Position numbers and translations under genes: made by a program
In this document: positions 17,901 to 27,323 of the stretch, piece by piece
Layout of the letters: the number at the start of each line of letters is the position of its first letter
How positions within the stretch are numbered: the stretch's first letter is position 1
Assembly: GCA_004524445.1 (NCBI GenBank)
Contig: SDNP01000014.1
Span: forward strand, 1-64,000
Reading direction: 5' to 3'
Length of the DNA stretch: 64,000 bases
Source of the DNA: Candidatus Thorarchaeota archaeon
Lineage (GTDB): Archaea > Asgardarchaeota > Thorarchaeia > Thorarchaeales > Thorarchaeaceae
Notes under the pieces: generated by a model
Seen by the model: the letters and a program-made list of their open reading frames with translations, nothing else
The model's database searches: none
What the model was told of the DNA's origin: nothing

Positions 17901-20774
17901 ATTTGTGAGAAGCGTCACATTTTCAAACAGAGAACCGTGCGGACTATAGAGATTCACGAGCAGTGTATCTGCGGCAACGGTTCTGTTGAAGTGGTCACGG
18001 AGCCCCAACTCCACTACTAAACTGGTACCCAAGGTCATCTTAGACGGGACATCGTATACACAATCAGTCCGCTTTATTATGGGTAGTGGATTGGCTTGAT
18101 AATCAGAGAACTTTGCAGTGGGGTTTCCAAACAGGACAAACTGGTTAGAGGTAGCTGCTATGACTCGAATGTACGACCCAGAAATGTAGTAATTGCCGCC
18201 CTCTTGATTAATTGCGTAGATGTGGGAGTTAACCATAAAGGAATCGTTCATTGCTTGGGAAATGGTCTTATCTTCCTCGACAAGCCCCTTGAGTACGTTC
18301 TTCTCCAACAAATCAGAAGGCCCAAACAGCGAATCAAGCCAGCATGCAGCAATCGAATCAGCTCCACTCTCCAACATTCTAGCCGGCCCATAGCTCGAAC
18401 CTAATTGACAAGTGTCCCAGTATGCGATGACACCTCCCAAGTCAGAACCGTTTATAATCTGAGATATATTCCACGAATCTATGAGGGAGCTCTCTGGATT
18501 AACGATATTGTCTCCATTTCTATCAGGATTACTACAGGACCCTCCTTCTTCATATCCCCATGCTGCAGTGATATTGAAGAGTATGGCCACTCCATCGTCT
18601 GAATACATTTCCTTTCCCATGCCCCCGTGACTTGAGAATTGCCACCATACCTTTGATGACGAAAGCAGATTTACAATATCAGGGCCCGCCTGTTGTACAT
18701 AGTTGATATCAGTGGCATCCATAGTTGTTGAAAATGCCACAGGCGTATCTACAATTGTCCATGAATGGGAATTATCAGGTACCCCAAGCCCGTCAGCATA
18801 TGCGACATGACTAGCAAGTGCAGGAATATCATAGGATGTACTGGGTACAAGAATGGGCCGGAGGTGTGCCCGCATAATTTGTGCATACGTGGAAATAGAA
18901 CTGGAAGAGGGATATCGTCCGTTTTGAGCCATGCCGGCGATAGCCCTATCAAAGGAGGGAGGAAGAGTTTCACCTGGCCCTCTAAATGGTGCGATATTTA
19001 CAATCACTGATGGATTCGTTATTCCAGTGGTGTATGATAGCCAATTCTGGAATTCATCATAGATGCGATACATGGAACTGAATGAAGGATGAAGATATGA
19101 GAGGTAGAAACTGTTTCTCCAATAGTTGTAGTAATGGTAGCCTCCACCAAAGGGGAACTGATAGTCCCCATGGTAGGCCATCTGTTCGCATACCAGAGCC
19201 TTTGTCGTATAATTTTGCCCCCCGTAGCAGGAAGGGAGAGCTATTCCCCTTCTAGAAGCGGCTGAAAGTCCCGCAGCCCCAAAGAAGCCACCTAAGGGGT
19301 CAAATAGAGTCACGTTTGTTGTGTTCAGAGTTGCGCCACTAGCAGATACATGATATGCCCAAATGCTAGATGAAGAATCCAAGTGAGTTACAGTCCCATA
19401 CATCTCCAAATCGGCAATGAGAGATCCTGCAAAGGTGTTTCCAGAATCAAGGATGATGATCTTAGAGGGGGATATCGCATCGAGGGCGGATATTGTATCT
19501 GAATGAAGAGTTAGCCCGTCGCAATACAGCAGTGGTGCATCACATAGGGAGGCTATGCTAAGACCGTTCGAAGTGGAGATGGCGGTATTAATAAGATCCT
19601 CTCCAATCTGCCGTTTCGTTACCGTAAGATTATATGATGCTCCTGTAGCCTCGTGGGTTGTTAAGTACGCGCGATACGTTCCTGGGCCGGGATAGGAAAG
19701 GCGTGCATGTAATCGAGTTTTTTCCATCTCATCAGAAACAAGAGCATATCGATTTGCATCAAGTATCAACTCACCACTAGGGTCTAGAACATAGAGGCCC
19801 ACGGATGTTTCGAGATTGGCGACCGACAAGTCGAAATCTACTACAGACATCTCTCCAGGAGCCACATCAAAGGAGTATGTGTTCTTAGGCAATGTGTGAA
19901 CATTCAAAGTGAAGGAGGTCGTTCTGTCATAGGGATACATATCTATGAAATTAAAGTGCCAAGTATCGCCATAACCTTCAAAATAGGGATATGCCATTAC
20001 ATGGTCCCCATACCACGGATAATCCAAACCATATCGACGCCCGTCTTTGTAACAGCCCATCTGTGCTAATTGGTAGTTCAGCACGGAGGAAGATCCGGTC
20101 ACCCATGCATATATACCTCCGCCTGACCGGGGTATGTCATAGTGACGCTCCCAGTAGTTTGAGCTTGAGGTAGAGAGTGAGTAGGTGCTCAATGTCGGAG
20201 CTGGAAGAGTACCACTCACATTGTACAGCGTTGTCACTTCATCAAATTTGGACACGCTTTCAGGGGCGTATGATAGAACGACGGTGTCACTCAATGGGAA
20301 AAACTCCTCAGCCAGCATTCCTGAAAGTTCGTAGACATTCTCGCCACCTATCCTCATCACGGTCCGCGCATCACCGATTATTGATGGATAATTGATTTCC
20401 TTTACATCTCCCACCAGATTGAGTTCATCTGTTTGCCCCCCCAACAAGTTTATCCATTCATCAAGTGGAGTTTCTAGTTCCGTGCCAGACAAATCGGGAA
20501 CAACAAGACTGTCAACCTGAAGAGGTCCGGATCGACGAATAGCCAAGGCAGAGCTGGATAAGAGATTCAGTGAGTCGGTATAATCATCGCCACTCATCCC
20601 CACAATAGTTGTCATATTCAAAGCAGCCCTGTTTCCAGTAATTCCTGATTCAATGTAGTCGGCACCCTCAGGCGAAGTATCTGTGACCGAGTCCCTAGAA
20701 TAGGGAATGACCGCAGATGGAAAGCTCAGGAATAAAATGGAAACCAGTATTAGTAAAGAACCACGCCATTTCAT
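14991..20774 (-). CDS. Giant single-pass membrane protein: signal peptide, CWB2-like repeats, gingipain/C25-like (clan CD) peptidase, Ig/MG-like repeats, TM, ~600-aa cytoplasmic helical domain
   Basis: FSSHGG (His716), WDTCQLG (Cys789), KTISQAM, FVLFGNP; repeated LGL.D/E...Y/F.P.G/E beta units; TM YALYFMIPALLVAVGAAIYKRK. Confidence 0.75.
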   Translation of the reverse strand: MKWRGSLLILVSILFLSFPSAVIPYSRDSVTDTSPEGADYIESGITGNRAALNMTTIVGMSGDDYTDSLNLLSSSALAIRRSGPLQVDSLVVPDLSGTELETPLDEWINLLGGQTDELNLVGDVKEINYPSIIGDARTVMRIGGENVYELSGMLAEEFFPLSDTVVLSYAPESVSKFDEVTTLYNVSGTLPAPTLSTYSLSTSSSNYWERHYDIPRSGGGIYAWVTGSSSVLNYQLAQMGCYKDGRRYGLDYPWYGDHVMAYPYFEGYGDTWHFNFIDMYPYDRTTSFTLNVHTLPKNTYSFDVAPGEMSVVDFDLSVANLETSVGLYVLDPSGELILDANRYALVSDEMEKTRLHARLSYPGPGTYRAYLTTHEATGASYNLTVTKRQIGEDLINTAISTSNGLSIASLCDAPLLYCDGLTLHSDTISALDAISPSKIIILDSGNTFAGSLIADLEMYGTVTHLDSSSSIWAYHVSASGATLNTTNVTLFDPLGGFFGAAGLSAASRRGIALPSCYGGQNYTTKALVCEQMAYHGDYQFPFGGGYHYYNYWRNSFYLSYLHPSFSSMYRIYDEFQNWLSYTTGITNPSVIVNIAPFRGPGETLPPSFDRAIAGMAQNGRYPSSSSISTYAQIMRAHLRPILVPSTSYDIPALASHVAYADGLGVPDNSHSWTIVDTPVAFSTTMDATDINYVQQAGPDIVNLLSSSKVWWQFSSHGGMGKEMYSDDGVAILFNITAAWGYEEGGSCSNPDRNGDNIVNPESSLIDSWNISQIINGSDLGGVIAYWDTCQLGSSYGPARMLESGADSIAACWLDSLFGPSDLLEKNVLKGLVEEDKTISQAMNDSFMVNSHIYAINQEGGNYYISGSYIRVIAATSNQFVLFGNPTAKFSDYQANPLPIIKRTDCVYDVPSKMTLGTSLVVELGLRDHFNRTVAADTLLVNLYSPHGSLFENVTLLTNGYTGSYDLALSDDDADGRWRFDLIDPDTMLTFSTTIDFIPPTTLIPNISTTLGLRINITLGLEDLNGNRVPSHSFEYQVFCPNGTVFCSGILRCSENSIAELSLSFSFCDSIGNYTLVYGIPDSDRHYTLPIEVQAPIAKSISVTYAVLGASTAYTLGLETSEGYPIPVAYFDYFIIAPDESLLFTGQAVCDDGYQSEIELDLPIEAINGDYEIHFFPEGSVYEFTQIVTSRAPRIWVSEIRIPETKQVGVWHIDVIVSNTEDSSFPATIKILRNGAIIDSRFVVIEPGINTYSFQFEMLDLSLMGGNVDISAEILVGTAEILVDLSSESYAMTTIWQTYALYFMIPALLVAVGAAIYKRKSWVSRYDEITKAVEIESNSESNQEQALLIYLKNNMFESAVRLAQKNNCPENMLSTLAGISPCRNQLLELANVLEASHWEETYRIFTALSLQEDAYRVAVVSSLKEGNLDLAITQFRNMILQSYRREAVNLLVLLMTNNQDEDARKLINAMPDLSFGLFSIAKDTEAARELSQLAQSLEDSNLRINLLLQVGRLEIVAQEIAYAKTQAKALELLGMLEKTHYSVVALEVVGILLQESRFRRLKGLLKKIELDDDAMLTVISPIVESYFEYPKDEKIEGLLKTIAQNAGPSTKSRIKSTFEVITFLNEEDADSAGPVALELLVKFVAESKDTMTASMVMERILRSLPNLSDNSQGNITEIAKASQAMRIALPTATDIGGGLIRDELDRLERALWTHILNQTKDFFLEVPIMPDNELALKACTAVLGSKVAGQTPIENPTVAMRVLNAARKAQSFNQINQVVKRLLNGPAFDNLMAKLIGDPRFKALTSGSSGYYAPANPMVRIRETAESAWRKQCNQVWSIGVWSGLLDLFSKVMQLDIPKHQKIALFANQLEVCHTPPEGIRNMDILKLFLGYCGELQLERKECLMVIEKANLSWHLREKLKAALLQRQ

Positions 20775-20935
20775 TCTCTTCCCTCCATGATTGAACGACT
20801 CTCGTTTCTCTTGATAGTTTCACTGATATTCTCTGAGTATCTTCTAATGCCTTTGAGTGCCCAAAGGAAACTAGCTGATAACATAAAAATCGCAATCGCC
20901 ACTCCTAGAGCTAAGATTAATTCGATGCTTTGCAT
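20771..20935 (-). CDS. 54-aa single-TM protein translationally coupled to the giant gene
   Basis: Translated by hand: MQSIELILALGVAIAIFMLSASFLWALKGIRRYSENISETIKRNESRSIMEGRE; GAGGTG RBS; ATGA overlap with the start at 20774. Confidence 0.8.
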   Translation of the reverse strand: MQSIELILALGVAIAIFMLSASFLWALKGIRRYSENISETIKRNESRSIMEGRE

Positions 20936-21187
20936 CGCTTACACCTCTCGCAATATGTACAACTTAGAAGCAGCATTTATTCAAAGCCATAGAACTAATG
21001 CCACTCATTAACCCCAATAGAAAGCACACCAACCAACTTATTAATGTTCTCCTAAAAAGCCAAAATTACCTACTGACGATTTCCTGAATGTGCACTAGTC
21101 ACTGCTAGCACATTCAAGACCCGCTCGTTCATGGGACATTTAAGTGCAATCAGCTATCAGGAACCTAATACAAAGATACTGAATAAA

Positions 21188-21213
21188 CAGTTCAAATCTG
21201 GCCGGGCCCGCCA
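21188..21213 (+). repeat. tRNA 3'-half remnant (T-loop, acceptor strand, CCA); att-like scar
   Basis: CAG-TTCAAAT-CTGGC-CGGGCCC-G-CCA with no 5' half upstream. Confidence 0.75.
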
Positions 21214-21380
21214 TTTTCATCATTATTGTTCTGACACGGACTACTTCCTCTATTGGATTTCATTTGTCCACGAAATGAAGATCTTGTTCCTTTCTGATGT
21301 GATTCCAGTGTCAAGCTTGAAACCGCCCTATCCAGAAGAAATATGTTATTGATGTGATGTTCTACAAATCGGTAATTCAT

Positions 21381-22418
21381 ATGTCCGATGAGCTTACTAT
21401 TGGGACTGCAACTGCAAAAAAGGGTGAACTTGCAAAGGGAGTAATCCCTGGTATTGAATTGAACACGGGTACAAAGATAGACATTCCAGTGCTGGTGTTG
21501 AATGGAAAGCAGGATGGCCCTGTTCTGCTCCTAGTTTCGACACAACACGGGATTGAGATACAGGGCATCGAGGTTATACATAGAGTCATGAGAAAGCTGG
21601 TGAATCCGGATGACCTACGAGGATCAATAATCGGAATCCCAGTGGAGAACCCTCTTGCATACATGCATCACCAATATCTCTCATGGATAGATAATCTTGA
21701 TTTGGGTGGTGGGGGTAGCGGTAGTCTTCTTACTGCCGACAATCCTGACGGCACTGCAACAGAGAGGCTGGCCAATATGCTCTGGCAAGAGGCATGGAGC
21801 AAGGCTGACATGGTGATCAATATTCACTGCAATGTCCGTCCTGATGACCTCATATTCCAAGAGATTCTTACAGGCAATCCCAAGACAAAGCCGGCATTAG
21901 AGAAAATGGCAGAGGCCTTTGGCGTTACCACGATAGTAGATGATACTCCTATCGACCCGAATGCGCCTCCAACTCTTGGAAATCTAGCCGATCAAAATGG
22001 AGTGCCCGTATTGCTGATGGAGCTTATAGACGGCAGATGGATCTCTGAACCATCAACGAGTGCTGGCGTAAGGGGGGTCCTGAATATCATGAAGGCATTC
22101 GATATGCTTGATGGTGAACTCGAGCAACAGACAGGCTTTCCAATCATCCCAGGAAAATGCAAATTTCAGGGGATTGTACGTGCCAACAAGGGAGGTCTCA
22201 TTCGGTTCCTGAAGAAGCCTGGTGAATATCTCAAACAAGGCGAAGTCTATGCGGAGATTTTCAACCTGCATGGAGATGTCGTTGAAGAGGTGAAGATGCC
22301 TGTGGATGGCTATATCTGGGCATATCCCTGTGGAGATATTCTGGGGACTCCAGGAAGCATGCAGGCGGTTCAGACCGGAGCCAATATTGGATATACATTT
22401 TCACAGGTTGAAGACTAA
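21381..22418 (+). CDS. Succinylglutamate desuccinylase/aspartoacylase (M14-like) family protein
   Basis: GPVLLLVSTQHGIE (HxxE), IPVENP, NIHC, C-terminal barrel-sandwich (NKGGL..KPG..E..MPVDG). Confidence 0.88.
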   Translation: MSDELTIGTATAKKGELAKGVIPGIELNTGTKIDIPVLVLNGKQDGPVLLLVSTQHGIEIQGIEVIHRVMRKLVNPDDLRGSIIGIPVENPLAYMHHQYLSWIDNLDLGGGGSGSLLTADNPDGTATERLANMLWQEAWSKADMVINIHCNVRPDDLIFQEILTGNPKTKPALEKMAEAFGVTTIVDDTPIDPNAPPTLGNLADQNGVPVLLMELIDGRWISEPSTSAGVRGVLNIMKAFDMLDGELEQQTGFPIIPGKCKFQGIVRANKGGLIRFLKKPGEYLKQGEVYAEIFNLHGDVVEEVKMPVDGYIWAYPCGDILGTPGSMQAVQTGANIGYTFSQVED

Positions 22419-22447
22419 CAAGTTTCTAGTAAAATCATCCGCGGATT
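22336..22447 (+). repeat. Imperfect ~110-bp direct repeat, copy 1 (3' end of the desuccinylase-like gene)
   Basis: Matches 25728-25840, including identical TTCTAGTAAAATCATCCGCGGATT. Confidence 0.88.
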
Positions 22448-22525
22448 GCCTTCACTAGGAAGACCATTCTATGTTATAGTAGAAACTGTTCATAGAAGGG
22501 GTAAATCAGTGCCAATAAGTGATGC

Positions 22526-23179
22526 CTACCCATAGATTCTACCCGACTCCATTTCCTTGAGGAATCCCTCTCTATTGTCCTCTGGAACGCAATTCAAGGC
22601 ACACCCAAAATTGGGACAGGATGAACAAGCCCAATGACGCAGGGTTGCAAGGAATGTGAATGCTATGAGCAGATAGGCGACCAACCAGTCAAGGCGATCC
22701 CAGAGATAGAGTGTTTGAAACAAGAAACTGAATCCGATGCCCCAAGCCAAAAACACGACCCTTCCTGCCATGCTGACTGAAGAAGGTTCATACTGGAAGA
22801 GCTTTGGACTGCCCCAATTTGCAAGGCAGTAGAATTTGTCTTTATTTCCGTGTTCCTTTCCTGAGTACTCATAGCATGGGCAATGTCTACAGAGAACATA
22901 CCACTCTACACCCGCAAAGAAGATCATTGCAATGAAGAAGTGGAGGGGTATCATAATCATGGACTCTGAAACAATGATTGAGGGCAACGAGAGAAAGCTT
23001 CCGATATCGAAGGAAAAACCGAAGTACCTGATTGATGAATTAATCATTCCAATGTAGCTTATGAGCATCGTGGCTAGAGAAACTATGGCAAACCATCTTG
23101 CATCTTTGCTATGGTATCTTGCATGGATGCCATGTAACACATCAGATTCAGAGCAATTATTCATTCTATCGCTTGGCAA
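22526..23179 (-). CDS. Four-TM membrane protein with two Cys clusters
   Basis: Hydrophobic helices; CRHCPCY..FYC and CSSCPNFGC motifs. Confidence 0.75.
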   Translation of the reverse strand: MPSDRMNNCSESDVLHGIHARYHSKDARWFAIVSLATMLISYIGMINSSIRYFGFSFDIGSFLSLPSIIVSESMIMIPLHFFIAMIFFAGVEWYVLCRHCPCYEYSGKEHGNKDKFYCLANWGSPKLFQYEPSSVSMAGRVVFLAWGIGFSFLFQTLYLWDRLDWLVAYLLIAFTFLATLRHWACSSCPNFGCALNCVPEDNREGFLKEMESGRIYG

Positions 23180-23363
23180 TTCGACACTTCCTCAGTTCAG
23201 TAACTTCATAGACTTAGTTTCAGCAGCTCATTAGCGGAGGTTCTACCATAAAAATTCCCGGCAGGAGATAAGAAATGCAGTCTGCTCCTATTGACAAAAT
23301 CGGATAGAAGCTTTATTACCATTAGTGAAGAAATGTTTCACGAACTTATGATAACGGAACTGG

Positions 23364-25604
23364 ATGGGGCCAATTATGGGTAGAAGATTGGTGGCAGATT
23401 TGCTTCTGGTTTCATTTCTCGTGCTATTGGTTTATTCATGTCCGATAGCCAATGAATCACAACCAAGGGGAATTAATCAGTTTGCATATTCGGTTGATGC
23501 GTTCCATGAGCCGATTCTAATCGTATCTGATAACGACTTTGAAACTCAGGAATGGCCAGGAAGTGGAAGTCCTTCAGATCCATATGTGATTGCAAACCTA
23601 ACCTTTGGTGACAGCGATCTGCCGTACATCAACATAAGCAATGTGGAAAGCGTTTTTGTCATTGAGAATTGCACCATGCTGGAACCAGCGGAGGATGCTG
23701 AGTCACATGTTGGTATTGCTTTATCATTCTTTTCAGACTGCCGCGTTCAGAATAATGACATGTCAAGGATGGAAAATAGGCTATATTTAAGGAACGCAAC
23801 AAGTTGTATAATCGAAGGCAATGAATTCGGCGAAAGTGTTGGGGTTTCGCCATTCGGGGTTCAGAAGGTTCTGGTCATCAATAATGTCTTTCAAGGAGCT
23901 GGTTATCCCATCGATTGTGCTTCAGCTGATGAGCTTGTGGTCAATGACAATGATATCAGTCAACCAGGTTCAGCTCACATATCTTTGTTCTCATATGTAC
24001 CCCCTTATTTTGAGTTCACTCACAATAATGTAATTGGTAATATTCATTTTAGTATCGGAGTTGGAAGTCTAAATATCTCATGTAACAATTTCAGGCAGCT
24101 GTCTAAGCCCCTATTAGTTGGTGATTTTCACCATGAAAACACACTGCCTTCGCCCTATATTTTCGCGAATAACAGATTTGAATCTCACGGAATTGAATTT
24201 CATAATCCGGCAGACTTGAGATTACTAGAAAGTGCTGTGTTTCAAAATAACAGTATCCAAGATGTTGAGATTCCGGTGATTTCTGGACTGGTGGACGAAA
24301 TAATCGATTGTTCAGAATACCCGCAGGTTATAGCCTACAATTGCACAGAAGTTTCATTTATCAATGCGGACTTTACCCAAATTGGTACAGCTCTCTCGCT
24401 TTTCTTATGCACGGACTCCCAAGTTCCCGATCTCTCAGCTGTCAATTGCAGTGATGCCGTTCATCTCTATCGCTGTAAGGCGACCTTCATTGATAACCTG
24501 CATGTAGAGTCCTGTTCTGAGGGGATATCTGTCAGTCTATGCAACGATACAAGAATAATCAATAGCTCATTCATAGAAGGCGGTAGGGCTATCGAACTTG
24601 TACACACGTTTAACGTCACCATAATTGACAATCGGTTTGAAAATAATCATTATGGAATGGTTCTGCAAGGAACGGCCAATAGCTACATCGTTGGTAACTC
24701 ATTTGTACAGAACAATCATCATGTATACTACCGTCATTACCTGGGACACCCAATTGATAGGTGGGACGACGGTCACGGAAATGGAAACTACTGGGATGAC
24801 TACATTGGATTTGGGTCATATATCCTCAATATTGAAGACTATACGATTGCCGATCATTATCCCACTCCGTTATTGCCATGGTACTACAGTCCTGCAGGAA
24901 TTCTTCTTTCTGGCATCATAGTTGTATCTGCGATTGCCATTCTTCTAATCATGATTGGTTTCCTTTTGAGCCGACGGAAGGATGGACAGCTTGCTTTAGC
25001 ACTGACAAATAAAAACAACTGGCTTCTTCTTGTTTCTTTGCTTGTGATTCTTTTTACACCCCAACTATACGCCTGGGAGATATTGGGTTGGTACGAACCT
25101 CGGGTGTGGATTGCTAGCTATAGCTACGTGATATGGAGCGAGCTTGACTGGACATACCTTCAAGCAACATTGCCTTTCTTCGGTCATGGACAATCGCTTA
25201 TCAGTTCCGGCATTATAATTCTGCTCCTTATTGGGGCGTGGAACTCGGCAGGAAAGGAAGCAGGTAATAGATCAATAGCCAAGTACTTGTTAGGCTTGAT
25301 GATAGCAATGGCGATTTCTGCCATGTTGTTTCCCATTTCGCCTTCAGGCCGTGCGTATGGATACCGGTCAGTAGTCGTTCCCCTTCCACTTGCACCACTG
25401 CTTATCTATCCCCTACTCCGAGCGGTTGAAAGAGAGAAAGTGTCCGAGAAGATAGATACCTACTCTATGGAGGGCGGCAAGAGATACACATGTCCGAATT
25501 GTGGGGCATCCTACATTTACAAGGAAGATACTCTTTACGAACCTGGACGGATAGTCTGCCAGAATTGCAGCAAGAAGTTCAGAGCACAAGCTGTGCCGGA
25601 CTGA
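23364..25604 (+). CDS. NosD/parallel beta-helix surface protein with multi-TM region and C-terminal Zn ribbon
   Basis: HEPILIVSDNDF..WPGSGS.SDPYVI N-cap, Asn-ladder repeats, WDDG..GNYWDDY, several TMs, CPNC..CQNC. Confidence 0.85.
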   Translation: MGPIMGRRLVADLLLVSFLVLLVYSCPIANESQPRGINQFAYSVDAFHEPILIVSDNDFETQEWPGSGSPSDPYVIANLTFGDSDLPYINISNVESVFVIENCTMLEPAEDAESHVGIALSFFSDCRVQNNDMSRMENRLYLRNATSCIIEGNEFGESVGVSPFGVQKVLVINNVFQGAGYPIDCASADELVVNDNDISQPGSAHISLFSYVPPYFEFTHNNVIGNIHFSIGVGSLNISCNNFRQLSKPLLVGDFHHENTLPSPYIFANNRFESHGIEFHNPADLRLLESAVFQNNSIQDVEIPVISGLVDEIIDCSEYPQVIAYNCTEVSFINADFTQIGTALSLFLCTDSQVPDLSAVNCSDAVHLYRCKATFIDNLHVESCSEGISVSLCNDTRIINSSFIEGGRAIELVHTFNVTIIDNRFENNHYGMVLQGTANSYIVGNSFVQNNHHVYYRHYLGHPIDRWDDGHGNGNYWDDYIGFGSYILNIEDYTIADHYPTPLLPWYYSPAGILLSGIIVVSAIAILLIMIGFLLSRRKDGQLALALTNKNNWLLLVSLLVILFTPQLYAWEILGWYEPRVWIASYSYVIWSELDWTYLQATLPFFGHGQSLISSGIIILLLIGAWNSAGKEAGNRSIAKYLLGLMIAMAISAMLFPISPSGRAYGYRSVVVPLPLAPLLIYPLLRAVEREKVSEKIDTYSMEGGKRYTCPNCGASYIYKEDTLYEPGRIVCQNCSKKFRAQAVPD

Positions 25605-25727
25605 TATCCAAAGGCAATTCAATCAATCTCCGCTCAAGAGCATCATTCAGATAAGACTTGATGAAGACCAATTTGTGCGTGCTATAGTCCCACTTAATTA
25701 TCCGCAATTCTATCGATAACAGACAAT

Positions 25728-25840
25728 ATACTTCTAGGCACTCCGGAAAGCGTGCAGACGGTCCAAACTGGAGCTAATATTGGATATACCTTCTCATCGA
25801 TTGAGGACTGGCAGGCTTCTAGTAAAATCATCCGCGGATT
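25728..25840 (+). pseudogene. Orphan duplicated 3' end of the desuccinylase-like gene (direct repeat copy 2)
   Basis: Encodes LGTPESVQTVQTGANIGYTFSSIED vs LGTPGSMQAVQTGANIGYTFSQVED. Confidence 0.85.
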
Positions 25841-26003
25841 TATTACCATGAGGGGAACCACCGTAGCTGGCTACTCCATCAGAGAACACAATTGCGAACC
25901 AGAACGTGACAAGAGTTTGGCAACTGGTTGTTTGGCCACAGAATACTTGGAAATGCGGTTCCACAAGCAAAGATTATATTAATCAGCAATTTTCTCAACA
26001 GAT

Positions 26004-27323
26004 ATGTCAGTTATCGAAGAAAAAGTGTTTAACAGGGATATTGGCGTCTTTGGACTTACAATGCTTGGTGTTGGCGCAACCATAGGTGCTGGTGTTTTCG
26101 TTTTGCTTGGTGACGCAACTGCAATAACCGGACCTTCGGTCATCATTGCGTTCATTTTCAATTTCTTCCTAGCTCTAGCAATTGCTATGCATTATGGCGA
26201 GATGGCCGCTATGTTCCCTGTTGAAGGCGGCGGGTTCTCTTTTGTTGAAGAGGCATTTGGAGGGTCTGCATACTATGTGGGTTGGCTCATCTGGATGGGA
26301 AACATGGCCTATGCGTCTTTTAGCGCTTCGGCTTTTGCCTTGTACATGACTAGTGGTACAATCATTCCAGCACTCCCGGTTGCTGTGATAACATTCCTGA
26401 TTTTCACAGCTGTGAACTTCTCAGGGATAACCAGAGTTGTTAAAGTTGAGAAGCTGGTCACCGCCCTATTGATCGGTATGCTTGTCATATTCATCTTCAG
26501 AGGGGCGATTATAACTGACGTATCAACTTATCAAAATATGTTTCCAAATGGTGTGCTGGCACTGCTGCCTGCGACAAGCCTTGTATTTCTGTGCTACATT
26601 GGATTTGAAACGATAACAACAATCTCTGCTGAGGTCAAAGAACCCAAGATTACTATTCCAAAGGCATTGATAGGGGCAGTTATCATATCTGGCATCCTTT
26701 ACACATCTTTCGCCTTCGTCTTTGCAGGAGCTGTAAGTGTTGGAGACATATCAAATCCAGAGACTGCTCTACTTCAGTTCTTCGCAACTGACATCATGAG
26801 AGAGCTGCTCCTCTTTGCGGCTGCTCTTGCAACGCTTTCGACCTTGAACATAGCGCTCATGGCAGCCTCTAGGAACGCCTATGCCCTCGCACGAGATAGC
26901 TTCTTGCCAAAGACGTTTTCCAAGGTGTCGAAGAAGGATGTGCCAATTAATGCCATCATTCTCACCGCAGTCATCTGTTTGGTTCTCATTTTGTCTGAAG
27001 GTGCTACAGCAATCGCAGAGCTCTCGAACTTCGCTTATATGCTGGTGGTTTCGATGGTGTGCCTATCAGTCTTAGCGCTTAGAAAGAGATGTGCCGACAG
27101 AGAGAGAGCCTACGCGGTTCCGCTGTTTCCCTATATCACATACTTTGGGATAATCACACCATTAATCCTCATACCATTCCTTGGCACACATGCGTTGCTC
27201 ATTGGCGCCGGATGGCTCATAATCGGGTTCCTTTTCTATAACATCTGGAGATCCCAAGCATTTCGAGAATCTTGGAATAATCATATTGGAAATATCGACC
27301 CACGACTGAGATGTGAGGAGTGA
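26004..27323 (+). CDS. APC-family amino acid permease
   Basis: GATIGAGVF, GPSVI, YIGFE, EVKEP; ~12 TMs. Confidence 0.93.
   Translation: MSVIEEKVFNRDIGVFGLTMLGVGATIGAGVFVLLGDATAITGPSVIIAFIFNFFLALAIAMHYGEMAAMFPVEGGGFSFVEEAFGGSAYYVGWLIWMGNMAYASFSASAFALYMTSGTIIPALPVAVITFLIFTAVNFSGITRVVKVEKLVTALLIGMLVIFIFRGAIITDVSTYQNMFPNGVLALLPATSLVFLCYIGFETITTISAEVKEPKITIPKALIGAVIISGILYTSFAFVFAGAVSVGDISNPETALLQFFATDIMRELLLFAAALATLSTLNIALMAASRNAYALARDSFLPKTFSKVSKKDVPINAIILTAVICLVLILSEGATAIAELSNFAYMLVVSMVCLSVLALRKRCADRERAYAVPLFPYITYFGIITPLILIPFLGTHALLIGAGWLIIGFLFYNIWRSQAFRESWNNHIGNIDPRLRCEE

Noticed and set aside
25752-25982. 76-aa ORF as a real gene
   Set aside because: Read-through of the duplicated gene-end remnant after its stop changed (TAA to TGG).
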